A stretch of 64,000 bases of DNA from a bacterium (GTDB lineage Bacteria; Patescibacteriota; Saccharimonadia; Saccharimonadales; SZUA-47), in the NCBI GenBank assembly GCA_030428125.1, contig JAUIBF010000002.1, forward strand, positions 79,910-143,909, read 5' to 3'. Positions within the stretch are counted from its first letter, which is position 1. Each line of letters begins with the position of its first letter. Shown here in pieces: positions 43,457-52,265 of this stretch. The notes below the pieces were generated by a model. That model had not been told where the DNA came from. It was given only the letters and a program-made list of their open reading frames with translations, and made no database searches. Position numbers and translations under genes: made by a program.

Positions 43457-43867
43457 ATGAGTGCAAGAGAAGTAAAGATACCTCCATTTATGGAAGAAGG
43501 CTCGTTAGCTGGAGGTCTGCATGCCTTAAGTGTTAAGCCAGAACCAAGTATATTGCCAGCGCCTGAAAGTGATGTGCCCGTAATAAATAGCTTGTTAGAC
43601 AGGAAGGGTAGACCAATAGGAACTTTTGATAGAGCGATGGCAGCCCATGTTTGTAATCAAGATGCATTTTATGGGGCGCCTACGGCCGAGGCGGTAGCAA
43701 TTGACCATATAATTGATCAAACATGCAAAGTTGAAGGATTAGATGATTGGGGGCGACTTGGTAGAGTAAGTGTACTCGGTTTTACTACTTTAGCAGCACT
43801 TCGGCCAGAGGAAGGCATGCGAGAAGCCCAAGAGTTCCTAGACCGCCCGATTACTTCTAGTACGTGA
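43457..43867 (+). CDS. Hypothetical protein
   Basis: 136 aa from the ATG at 43457, with AAGGAG 6 nt upstream. No motif recognised. Confidence 0.5.
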   Translation: MSAREVKIPPFMEEGSLAGGLHALSVKPEPSILPAPESDVPVINSLLDRKGRPIGTFDRAMAAHVCNQDAFYGAPTAEAVAIDHIIDQTCKVEGLDDWGRLGRVSVLGFTTLAALRPEEGMREAQEFLDRPITSST

Positions 43868-43895
43868 CCATGGAGGCTGCGTGGCAGACTCGAAC
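43868..43895 (-). other. tRNA 3-prime-end-like fragment
   Basis: The minus strand reads GTTCGAGTCTGCCACGCAGCCTCCA: T-loop-like TTCGAGT, acceptor-like CGCAGCC, then T and CCA. No matching 5-prime half lies upstream, and the T-stem spacing is off by one nt. Confidence 0.3.
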
Positions 43896-43978
43896 GTTTT
43901 TTAGTGCAGTCAAAGTGTTGTTCATAGTTCGTAGTGTAGCATATGCTTATCTGATAGGTTTAAGGTTATACTGAGTGT

Positions 43979-44083
43979 ATGGCTGAGAGGAAAAAGTTAG
44001 CGATCATTGATCCCAGTAGTAAGCCAGAGGCTATTACAGGACAGGTGGTAAGTAGATTACGGGGACCTTATGTCAGAGCGTAA
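43979..44083 (+). CDS. 34-codon upstream ORF whose first 11 residues mimic the PolA N-terminus
   Basis: MAERKKLAIID... compares with PolA MSERKKLAIID.... TATACT (43967-72) lies 6 nt upstream of its ATG. Its TAA (44081-83) overlaps the polA ATG (44070) in another frame. Confidence 0.4.
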   Translation: MAERKKLAIIDPSSKPEAITGQVVSRLRGPYVRA

Positions 44084-46697
44084 AAAACTGGCCATAATAG
44101 ATGGGAAGTCGGTGTTTTACCGTGGTTATTATGCGATGCCAAACCTGAGTACAAAAGATGGAACACCAACTGGTGGTGTTTACGGATTTTGTGCTATGGC
44201 ACTAGAGCTAATAAAGAAACTTGAACCGGACTACGTCTGCGTTGCCTGGGATAAACCTAAAACCAACATTCGTAAGCGACTGGCTATATATCCAGACTAT
44301 AAAGCAGGGCGCAAGCCAGCTCCACCAGATTTTTATGCGCAGATTCCAATTCTTCACGAGGTATTGGAGGCCTTCAATTGGCCGTTATATGAATTCGATG
44401 ATTACGAGGCAGACGACATCATGCATACCATGGCAAAGAAGGCAGAGAAGTCTAATCTAGAAACCATGCTAATAACTTCAGATATGGATGCGCTGCAGAG
44501 TATCGATGAACATACACATATGTATGCACTCAAGAAAGGCCTAACGAATATACAGAAGTTTGACCCAAAAACGTTTGAAGATAAGTATGGTATTAGCGTT
44601 GACCAATTTTTGGACTCTAAGGCATTAAAGGGCGATGGTTCTGATAATATTCCGGGAGTTCCAGGAGTTGGGGAAAAGGGCGCTAGCCAACTACTGCAAG
44701 AGTACGACACTCTTGATGGGGTCTATGAAAACCTGGCGTTAATTAAAGCTAGCCTGGCTAAAAAGCTCGAAGATGGCAAAGACTCTGCCTATATGAGTCG
44801 TGAAGTTGCACGGTTGTTCGACGATGCTCCAGTGGGATTAGACCTTGAACAAATGGATGTAAATAAACTAGATACTGCTAAGTTAGCGGCCATACTAAAG
44901 CGACTAGAATTTAGAAGTTTACTGCGTAATCTGCCGGAGGGAATGCAGAATGTGGATGCGGAAAACATTGCACCAGCAAGTTCAGATTTTGATCTACACA
45001 TACCAAAAGTTGTTCAGGTTAATTCAGCAAAAGATTTAGATAATATTAAGCTCGAAGGTGACGTAGTATTGCATGCTCGAAGTGCAGGGAAACACGGCAA
45101 AGATCCTAAGCTAGTTTTGCTCTCGGACGAACAAACCTGTTACGTGATTGATGCAAGTAAAAAACTCGATATCCCTAAAGTTTTAGTAGGTATTTCATCT
45201 GTTTCTGGATATGATCTGAAGAATTCATTCAAGGTTTTATTGGAGCTCGGTGTAGAAAAACTTCCAGTAGTTACTCACGATGTCTTGGTTGGTGCATACA
45301 TAATTAATGCACTGCGTCGTGACCAGTCTTTAAGTGAACTATCAAGTAGTGATTTAGGCTATGAAACTGAACTAGACAGTCTAGATGACGAGGAAGTAGC
45401 TTCTAAAGCCGGAGAGATTGTCGCTGTTATTCGTGCACTGGGAGTCATGCAAGGTGAACAAATGAGTGAAGTTACGTCGCTCATCAAAATGGCAGAGACT
45501 GTAGATTGGCCGGTGATTCCGATACTTGCACGGATGGAACGAGCTGGAATGAAGCTAAATCCGAAGTTCTTCTCAGACTTGTCTGAGCAGTTGGCGGACC
45601 AAATTAGCGATATTGAACAAACCATCTATGGTCATGCTGACCAAGAATTTAATATCTCTAGCCCATCACAATTGTCAGAGGTACTTTTTGAAAAACTAAA
45701 TCTGCCCACTGAAGTTAGTAAAAAAGGAAAGGCCGGGCATTATTCTACCGCCGTAGGAGTGTTGGAGAAGCTAAAAAACATGCATCCGATTATTGAGTGC
45801 ATCGAACAGTATCGTGAGTATACCAAGTTAAAAAGCACGTACGTGGATCCTTTGCCGAAAATGGTTGATGAAAACGACCGACTGCATAGTACTTTGAATA
45901 TGACTATTGCACCGACCGGCAGATTGTCTAGTGTTGATCCAAACTTACAAAACATACCCGTTAGAACAGAACTAGGACGTAAGATTCGCGAAGGATTTAT
46001 TGCCGAGAAGGGTAACGTATTAATTAGCGCAGACTATAGTCAATTTGAGCTGCGTATCGCGGCTGCGATGAGTGAAGACCAAGATATGATTAAAGCCTTT
46101 AATGAAAATCGTGATATTCATACAGAAACAGCCGCATTGATTCAGGGTGTTCCAGCAGAGCAAGTAACCAAAGATATGCGATATGCCGCAAAGGCTGTGA
46201 ACTTTGGAATCTTGTACGGGCAGGGCGTGCATGGTCTGTCGGAAGGTACAGGCATTAGCTATAAAGAAGCAAAAGACTTCATAGAAAAATACTTCGAAGT
46301 GCGTCCAAAACTAAAGGGGATGATTGAGCAATTCCGAGCTGATGCCAAAGACAAAGGATATGTTGAAACCGTCATGGGGCGCAGACGTCCAACGCCTGAT
46401 GTGCAGAGCAGTAACTTCATGGTTCGTGAAGGTGCATATCGCGCAGCGATTAACATGCCGATTCAAGGCTCTGCTGCAGACCTCACTAAGATGGCCATGA
46501 CAGCGGTTGAAGATAGACTGCCAGAAGGTGCTTTCGAGATAATGCAGATCCATGACAGCATTATGGTTGAATGTCGTGAGGTGGACGCGGACAAAGTTAG
46601 CAAAATGATGGTAGAAGTCATGGAGAGTATCAAGCCAGACCTAGGCGTGAACCTGAAAGTCGATGTGTCAGTCGGCAAAACTTGGGGCGAGCTGTAG
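44070..46697 (+). CDS. polA: DNA polymerase I
   Basis: 875 aa. 5-prime nuclease GDGSDNIPGVPGVGEKGA, motif A DYSQFELRIAA, motif B RYAAKAVNFGILYG, motif C QIHDSIMVE. Confidence 0.95.
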   Translation: MSERKKLAIIDGKSVFYRGYYAMPNLSTKDGTPTGGVYGFCAMALELIKKLEPDYVCVAWDKPKTNIRKRLAIYPDYKAGRKPAPPDFYAQIPILHEVLEAFNWPLYEFDDYEADDIMHTMAKKAEKSNLETMLITSDMDALQSIDEHTHMYALKKGLTNIQKFDPKTFEDKYGISVDQFLDSKALKGDGSDNIPGVPGVGEKGASQLLQEYDTLDGVYENLALIKASLAKKLEDGKDSAYMSREVARLFDDAPVGLDLEQMDVNKLDTAKLAAILKRLEFRSLLRNLPEGMQNVDAENIAPASSDFDLHIPKVVQVNSAKDLDNIKLEGDVVLHARSAGKHGKDPKLVLLSDEQTCYVIDASKKLDIPKVLVGISSVSGYDLKNSFKVLLELGVEKLPVVTHDVLVGAYIINALRRDQSLSELSSSDLGYETELDSLDDEEVASKAGEIVAVIRALGVMQGEQMSEVTSLIKMAETVDWPVIPILARMERAGMKLNPKFFSDLSEQLADQISDIEQTIYGHADQEFNISSPSQLSEVLFEKLNLPTEVSKKGKAGHYSTAVGVLEKLKNMHPIIECIEQYREYTKLKSTYVDPLPKMVDENDRLHSTLNMTIAPTGRLSSVDPNLQNIPVRTELGRKIREGFIAEKGNVLISADYSQFELRIAAAMSEDQDMIKAFNENRDIHTETAALIQGVPAEQVTKDMRYAAKAVNFGILYGQGVHGLSEGTGISYKEAKDFIEKYFEVRPKLKGMIEQFRADAKDKGYVETVMGRRRPTPDVQSSNFMVREGAYRAAINMPIQGSAADLTKMAMTAVEDRLPEGAFEIMQIHDSIMVECREVDADKVSKMMVEVMESIKPDLGVNLKVDVSVGKTWGEL

Positions 46698-46825
46698 TGC
46701 ACAGTGATGATAAAGCCCGGGAAGCGAGTCTAGCTAAAGACGATTATGCTGATGGTGACAGTTGGGTCGTTCAGCTGAAAGATTTCCAAGCTAAATATAG
46801 TTATGGACGAACTAAAAAAGCTTAA
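46697..46825 (+). CDS. Possible 42-aa ORF coupled to the polA stop
   Basis: The GTG overlaps the polA TAG (TAGTG). Manual translation gives MHSDDKAREASLAKDDYADGDSWVVQLKDFQAKYSYGRTKKA. There is no other support. Confidence 0.25.
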   Translation: MHSDDKAREASLAKDDYADGDSWVVQLKDFQAKYSYGRTKKA

Positions 46826-46833
46826 GGATACAT

Positions 46834-47367
46834 ATGAAAATATACTTTGTAAGACACGGACAAAGTGAAGCGAACGAAGCGGGTATAGTTGCAGATAGTT
46901 CACCAAAACTAACGCTAAAGGGTATCGAGCAGGCAGAGAGAACAGGTCGTGAACTAAAAGATATGAACATAGCCAAAGTAGTGAGCTCAACATACGTTCG
47001 TGCTCAGCAAACTGCCGAAATAATCGCAGGTGAGATCGGGTTGGGTCTAAAGGACATCGAGCTACTGGAAGAACTGAAAGAACGAGGGATGGGAGAATGT
47101 GAGGGGAAGCCAAAAGATTTAGATAATGCATCGTTCTTTACGTTTGATACTGAAAGGGGATTTGAAGCACAGGCCGATTTAATCGAACGGCTAGTAAAGG
47201 CACTTGAAGTTATTATGCAGAAGTTCGGAAGCGAGAACATAGTGGTAGTTGGGCATGCGGTATCGGGATATTACTTTCAGCAAGTCATAAAAGGTTATAG
47301 GAAATTCTCAGATTTTGAGGATTATAAGCATATGAAAAATGCGGATTATATTGAGATAGAGATATGA
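46834..47367 (+). CDS. Histidine phosphatase (phosphoglycerate mutase-like) family protein
   Basis: MKIYFVRHGQSEANE (RHG motif) and a later GHA. Confidence 0.85.
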   Translation: MKIYFVRHGQSEANEAGIVADSSPKLTLKGIEQAERTGRELKDMNIAKVVSSTYVRAQQTAEIIAGEIGLGLKDIELLEELKERGMGECEGKPKDLDNASFFTFDTERGFEAQADLIERLVKALEVIMQKFGSENIVVVGHAVSGYYFQQVIKGYRKFSDFEDYKHMKNADYIEIEI

Positions 47368-47849
47368 AAATGCCGGAGAAAGAACTGCTGAAATCCATTA
47401 GACACATGGCACTGAGTACCGTTAATGAAGACGGAACCCCACACAACACACCACTGTTTTTAATCTACAACGAAGATCTAACGCAACTTTATTGGGGTTC
47501 GCATCCTAGCTCGTTGCACTCAAAAAATATTCACAGAACTGGCCAGGGATATGTAGTTGTGTTCGATAGCAAGGTTTGGGGACAGGGAGGATTATATCTG
47601 ACGATAAAAAATGCACATATGGTCACAGAGGATGAACTTCCGGAAGCTTTAAGGGTGCACAATAATGCACGTAAACGCTGGGGTAAAGATCCGCTTGAAA
47701 CTAGTTATTATCAGGAACCAAATCCTCAGAAAATGTATGTCGGCGATATAGATAAAATCGAAGTTTATAATGTTGTTCGAGACAAAGATGGACTAGTATG
47801 CGAAGAGACTAGAAAACAAATTGGTCCAAAGGATTTATTATATGGGTAA
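47364..47849 (+). CDS. Pyridoxamine 5-prime-phosphate oxidase-like FMN-binding split-barrel protein
   Basis: The pattern MALSTVNEDGTPHNTPLF...LYWGSHPSSLHSKNI resembles the PNPOx-like family. Confidence 0.6.
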   Translation: MKMPEKELLKSIRHMALSTVNEDGTPHNTPLFLIYNEDLTQLYWGSHPSSLHSKNIHRTGQGYVVVFDSKVWGQGGLYLTIKNAHMVTEDELPEALRVHNNARKRWGKDPLETSYYQEPNPQKMYVGDIDKIEVYNVVRDKDGLVCEETRKQIGPKDLLYG

Positions 47850-48153
47850 ACTGGTTAGGGATAAAATTCCCGAGATAATAAAGCAGGATGGGAAAGAGCC
47901 TATTGTTAGGCTTCTAAATAATGAAGAATATCTTTTAGAACTAAAAAGAAAACTACTAGAAGAATCAGCTGAATTTGTAAAAGCTACTGACCTAACTAGT
48001 ATGAAGGAGGAGCTCGCAGACGTCCTAGAAGTTATCCAGGCAACGATTGTAGCAATCGGCTTCGACTTACAAGAGATACAAAGAATCCAACTGTCAAAGC
48101 AAAAGGACAGAGGTGGATTTAAAGAGCAGATTTATTGGGAAGGAAATAAATGA
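47842..48153 (+). CDS. MazG-like nucleoside triphosphate pyrophosphohydrolase (small all-alpha type)
   Basis: MGKLVRDKIPEII...LLEESAEF...EELADVLEVIQA (EExxE/D motifs). Confidence 0.7.
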   Translation: MGKLVRDKIPEIIKQDGKEPIVRLLNNEEYLLELKRKLLEESAEFVKATDLTSMKEELADVLEVIQATIVAIGFDLQEIQRIQLSKQKDRGGFKEQIYWEGNK

Positions 48154-48722
48154 TTAAGGCAATAATTTTTGATTGTTTTGGGGTTGTTTATTCAGATGAA
48201 TTCGGATTGGTTTATGAGCATTTTGGTGGCGACTTGGAAAAAGACGCAGAGTTTATTGAAGGCACATTCTTTAGAGCTAGCAAAGGACAAATAGAAAGTG
48301 GTATTCCAGAAATCGCAGAAAGATTAGGAATAACTCCTGAAGATTGGCGAAGCTACCAAGATAATATTCGAGGTTTTAATGAGGACTTGCTTGTGTATAT
48401 TAAGGAACTTAAAAAGTCATACAAGATAGGCATGCTATCCAATATCGGTAAGCGCGGACTGGCGAAGAATATGGATTATTCAGTGCTTGAAGATCACTTT
48501 GATTCAATTGTTGAGTCTGCAAAAATCGGGTTTGCAAAGCCTGAGGCTAGGGCGTATGAAGTAGCTGCAGAACGATTGGGAGTTAGACTCGATGAATGTG
48601 TGTTTACTGATGACAGGCCTACATATATCGATGGCGCTACTGCAGTTGGGATGAAAGCAATTTTGTTCGAAAAAACTAAGCAATTTATTGCTGATTTAGA
48701 AAAACTACTAAGCTCTGAATAA
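48150..48722 (+). CDS. HAD-superfamily hydrolase
   Basis: MIKAIIFDCFGVV (motif I), LSN, FTDD. Paralog of 51681..52265. Confidence 0.8.
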   Translation: MIKAIIFDCFGVVYSDEFGLVYEHFGGDLEKDAEFIEGTFFRASKGQIESGIPEIAERLGITPEDWRSYQDNIRGFNEDLLVYIKELKKSYKIGMLSNIGKRGLAKNMDYSVLEDHFDSIVESAKIGFAKPEARAYEVAAERLGVRLDECVFTDDRPTYIDGATAVGMKAILFEKTKQFIADLEKLLSSE

Positions 48723-48779
48723 AATCTTTGTATTTACACCTGGGAATCGTATAATTAGCTAATAAATTAGGAGACAAAA

Positions 48780-49028
48780 ATGACACCAAACCATTCTACT
48801 GCTATGGACCTTGATCCAATAGTTAGAGATAGAAATGTACTTACTAGAACAGCTTTAGTCGCAGCACTTGCGCTCGCAGTCGTTATGCCAAGTCAAAAGG
48901 CTGACGCTGCTATACCTGAAGAAGACCAGGTTACTCGCGGAGTAGTATTTACGTCATCGGGAACACTAACTTGTCCAGATATAGAAGGGTTAATCAGAGC
49001 TGACCAGCAACGTACTTTAATCGCTTAA
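48780..49028 (+). CDS. Small secreted protein/peptide precursor (82 aa)
   Basis: Signal-peptide-like LTRTALVAALALAVVMPSQKADA followed by about 38 residues. GGAG RBS. Confidence 0.45.
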   Translation: MTPNHSTAMDLDPIVRDRNVLTRTALVAALALAVVMPSQKADAAIPEEDQVTRGVVFTSSGTLTCPDIEGLIRADQQRTLIA

Positions 49029-49132
49029 ACTGTGCGCAATTTTACAGACAAAATTCATTGTCTGTGAGAGTATACTGACACAAACACACATACTCTTTTA
49101 TCAAGTTTTGGGGATGCTTAGGGGGTAGTGCA

Positions 49133-49441
49133 ATGAGCGGCGCTGCAGTTTTAGACGCAGGGACGGATGGTTCTGGAGCAGGACCACCTCCTGAGGTTGG
49201 TGAACGTACACCAGATGGATTTGGTGATGGGGGTGATTGGGAACAATGGTTGCGCCAGTTCGATCCAGAATTAGCAGAGTTATTAACTGTTGAGCGGGTT
49301 AAAGATGTAGGTAGAGGAGTGACGTCTATCGTAGAGGCCGAAATCCCGCTAGCAGCAGGTCATGTCGCTGCCTCTGCCTACGTTACGCCGACACATCCGG
49401 GTATCAGACAAGTTGCACCTGGATTCTATATTCTGAATTAG
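49133..49441 (+). CDS. Hypothetical Gly/Pro/Asp-rich protein (102 aa)
   Basis: ORF with a GGGGG RBS-like tract. The first 60 nt are 36/60 G+C by hand count. Confidence 0.45.
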   Translation: MSGAAVLDAGTDGSGAGPPPEVGERTPDGFGDGGDWEQWLRQFDPELAELLTVERVKDVGRGVTSIVEAEIPLAAGHVAASAYVTPTHPGIRQVAPGFYILN

Positions 49442-50526
49442 GCGCCCATAATTTTGGCTGATATTTTGCCTATGGGATGAGATGGATCTCTGATAACTGC
49501 GCCAATTTCGCTAGATTCAATTTTAGGTGCAAGAGGTATTCCAACATATTTAGCGAAAAGCATATTTAGGCCTTCTGCCACTGCTCCATTGTCGAACCGA
49601 TCAAACACGTTACTTTCACTGAAAACTGTATCTAACCATCTCCGGAATCTTTCAAATTCTGCCCATTGCTCGCCTAGCATTTCGTCACCATATCCTTTGG
49701 CGCGGATGTTTAAGACGGCATCATCGACATCTCTTCTATCACGCGTACGTTCTACGAGTGGCCTCGTCATAGTCCTACCTAAATGTACGACAGGGGCATC
49801 AGTAGGTATTCGTATTTCATCGTAGCCTGGTATGTCTACAATACAAGTCCATAAATCATGTCTTGGGTATTCTAGATATTGTCCTGTAGTGGCAAAAAGT
49901 TCCTCATATCCAGAGTCGGCATCATACTCTGTTCGGGTTGCGTAGTGCCACGGACGAAATTTTCCGAACTGTTCTTCGAAGAAGAACTGCGAAACCTCAG
50001 GCCCCAGAGGGAAGCCAATCTCGTTAGCACGTTCGTTGAGTAGCTTTTGCATTTTGGCTTGTCGTTCGCCTTTAATGCTTCCTTCTCCGTCTAATGCGCT
50101 ACCTTCTCTTGCATACTCTGCATCGGCATCAACAACTTCACCGTCTACCCATAGTTTGTATATCCGAAAATCTAAGTCTACACGTGTGCCTTCACCTGGT
50201 CGGTATAATGTAGATTTTGCTATCGTGTCTGATTTTGGATTTGTTACAACATATTCTCTAGCAGCAGGATCAAACTCTGTATCTGGGTCCTTCAAAGCCT
50301 TCTTAGCCAAACCTCCAGATGATACATATTCTTCTATTCCACAAGCTTCCATAATTCCAGGAACTACCTGGTAAAAAGGTACTAAACTTTGCTCCATGCC
50401 CCCTTCCGGTATACGTGCAATTCGTGCCTCACGGCTACGGCTAGCCCAAGCTTTATATAAAAGTGCTGCCCCGGCTGCAACACCTACTGTTGCGCCAGCT
50501 CCTCTTTCTAAACTTTCTAGTGACAT
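49438..50526 (-). CDS. Hypothetical protein (362 aa)
   Basis: Long ORF with a Gly/Ala-rich N-terminal hydrophobic segment. No motif recognised. Its stop overlaps the stop of 49133..49441 (TTAG). Confidence 0.55.
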   Translation of the reverse strand: MSLESLERGAGATVGVAAGAALLYKAWASRSREARIARIPEGGMEQSLVPFYQVVPGIMEACGIEEYVSSGGLAKKALKDPDTEFDPAAREYVVTNPKSDTIAKSTLYRPGEGTRVDLDFRIYKLWVDGEVVDADAEYAREGSALDGEGSIKGERQAKMQKLLNERANEIGFPLGPEVSQFFFEEQFGKFRPWHYATRTEYDADSGYEELFATTGQYLEYPRHDLWTCIVDIPGYDEIRIPTDAPVVHLGRTMTRPLVERTRDRRDVDDAVLNIRAKGYGDEMLGEQWAEFERFRRWLDTVFSESNVFDRFDNGAVAEGLNMLFAKYVGIPLAPKIESSEIGAVIRDPSHPIGKISAKIMGA

Positions 50527-50609
50527 AATTTTCTCCTACGTTAGGGTAATTATCGACAAAATATTGATAAACAGCAAGCATGAGAACTATTAAATGCTAA
50601 ACTAACTGC

Positions 50610-51008
50610 ATGAAGAAGTTTTACGTAGGTGTTAAGGGTATAATTCACGACTACAACAAAGGTTTTTTGGTCCTAAAGGCCACCAAAGGCCACTGGGACA
50701 CGCCTGGGGGTCGAATGGACGAAGGGGAGGACTTCGATACAGCTCTTGCTAGAGAGCTATCAGAGGAGCTTCCAGGGTCAGATCTAAAGTCTATAGAGGG
50801 CTTAGAGGGAGTTTTTCGACTACCTAAAGACATAGATGGAGATATAAGTTTGGTATTAGTCTACTTCTTAATAACAGCGAAGTTGCCAGAAGAGTTGCAG
50901 CTCAGTGAAGAGCACGAATCCTACGTATGGGTTAAAAAGGTTGAAGAGATACCAGATGGATTAAATCAAGAAGTTAAACGCATATTAGAACGCCATCTAA
51001 AAGCATAA
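50610..51008 (+). CDS. NUDIX hydrolase
   Basis: Nudix box GGRMDEGEDFDTALARELSEELPG. TGcTAAACT lies 6 nt upstream of the ATG. Confidence 0.85.
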   Translation: MKKFYVGVKGIIHDYNKGFLVLKATKGHWDTPGGRMDEGEDFDTALARELSEELPGSDLKSIEGLEGVFRLPKDIDGDISLVLVYFLITAKLPEELQLSEEHESYVWVKKVEEIPDGLNQEVKRILERHLKA

Positions 51009-51014
51009 ATAGTA

Positions 51015-51044
51015 TTGACAAAATAGTGAAAAACATGCTATAAT
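51015..51044 (+). promoter_or_regulatory. Consensus promoter TTGACA-18-TGcTATAAT
   Basis: Read directly from the sequence, 9 nt upstream of the ATG at 51054. Near-identical to the promoter at 55486-55515. Confidence 0.65.
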
Positions 51045-51053
51045 ATAAGCATT

Positions 51054-51653
51054 ATGGAGTTTGCATCAAAACTACGTTGGTTTTTGGTCATCATAGCTGT
51101 AGTACTGTTTATGGTACTAATCGGCTGGGGACTGTTTTCTATTGCCAGAAGCTTATTTGATAGTGGTTCAGGGAATAGCAATAATTCAACAGGTCAAAGT
51201 CAGATAATCGACGAAGAGGTGAGACTTACCTCACAAGCTAGCTATATTCTAACAGGTAGAGTTGTAGCGAACTCCGAACAAAGATCTTATCAAATTGACG
51301 TATCAAGCAGTGTGGTTAGCATGACAGTTTATGGTTCTTATGGGCAAAAAGTTATTCGTGAAAAAAGCTACACAAACACGCCTGAAGCCTACAGTGCGTT
51401 TCTAGCATCAATCGATAACCTAGGAGTAGAAAATCGGTTAAACGGGACAAACACCGAAGATGATTTTGCAGAAGAAGGCAAGTGCCCAGGTGGCTATACA
51501 TACGTCGTAGAGTTGGATAATGCTATCAGACGATGGACAACCAGCTGTAGTGATATCCCAGGAACAGCTGGATTTAACATGAACTCAGTTAAGACTCTTT
51601 TCCAACGACAAGTTCCAGACTTTAGAGAACTAGTAGACGATATAGATTTCTAA
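51054..51653 (+). CDS. Membrane-anchored extracytoplasmic hypothetical protein
   Basis: 199 aa with an N-terminal TM helix LRWFLVIIAVVLFMVLIGWGLF. Confidence 0.55.
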   Translation: MEFASKLRWFLVIIAVVLFMVLIGWGLFSIARSLFDSGSGNSNNSTGQSQIIDEEVRLTSQASYILTGRVVANSEQRSYQIDVSSSVVSMTVYGSYGQKVIREKSYTNTPEAYSAFLASIDNLGVENRLNGTNTEDDFAEEGKCPGGYTYVVELDNAIRRWTTSCSDIPGTAGFNMNSVKTLFQRQVPDFRELVDDIDF

Positions 51654-51680
51654 CAGTTCTTCTTTGCTACACTGTAGATG

Positions 51681-52265
51681 ATGATAAAAGCTATATTATT
51701 CGATTGCTTTGGGGTTTTGGTAACTAGTTCTTACGAGCCATTTAAATCAAAGTACCTGCATAACGATCCTGAATTAATTGAAAAGTTCATGGCTGTAGAA
51801 AATCGCTCAAGTAGGGGCGAGATTAGTTTGGAGCAAGCCGAAAAAGAGTTCGCTGAACTGGCAGGTATTTCTTTCCATGAAGCAGCAGACATCTTGACTG
51901 ATAACCCGAGAAACCCGATATTGCTTCGTTATATTGAGCAGGAGTTGAAGGATAAATATAAGATTACAATGCTCTCAAATGTTGCCGATGATAGGGTAGA
52001 GGATCTATTTTTAAAAGAAGATATTGAGATGTTCGACGATATGGTTTTGAGCTTTCAGGTAGGACTGGCTAAACCCGATTCAAAAATATTTGAACTGGCA
52101 GCCGAAAGATTAGGTTTGAGCCCTGAAGAGTGTGTATTTGTAGATGACAGTCAAGGATATTGTATGGGTGCAGAAGCAGTTGGTATGAAGTCAGTATGCT
52201 ATCACAATTTTGGGCAGATGCGAAAACAACTCGAACATATTCTAACCACTAATTTGGATAAATAG
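51681..52265 (+). CDS. HAD-superfamily hydrolase
   Basis: MIKAILFDCFGVL, LSN, FVDDS. TGcTACACT lies 7 nt upstream of the second ATG (51681). Confidence 0.8.
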   Translation: MIKAILFDCFGVLVTSSYEPFKSKYLHNDPELIEKFMAVENRSSRGEISLEQAEKEFAELAGISFHEAADILTDNPRNPILLRYIEQELKDKYKITMLSNVADDRVEDLFLKEDIEMFDDMVLSFQVGLAKPDSKIFELAAERLGLSPEECVFVDDSQGYCMGAEAVGMKSVCYHNFGQMRKQLEHILTTNLDK

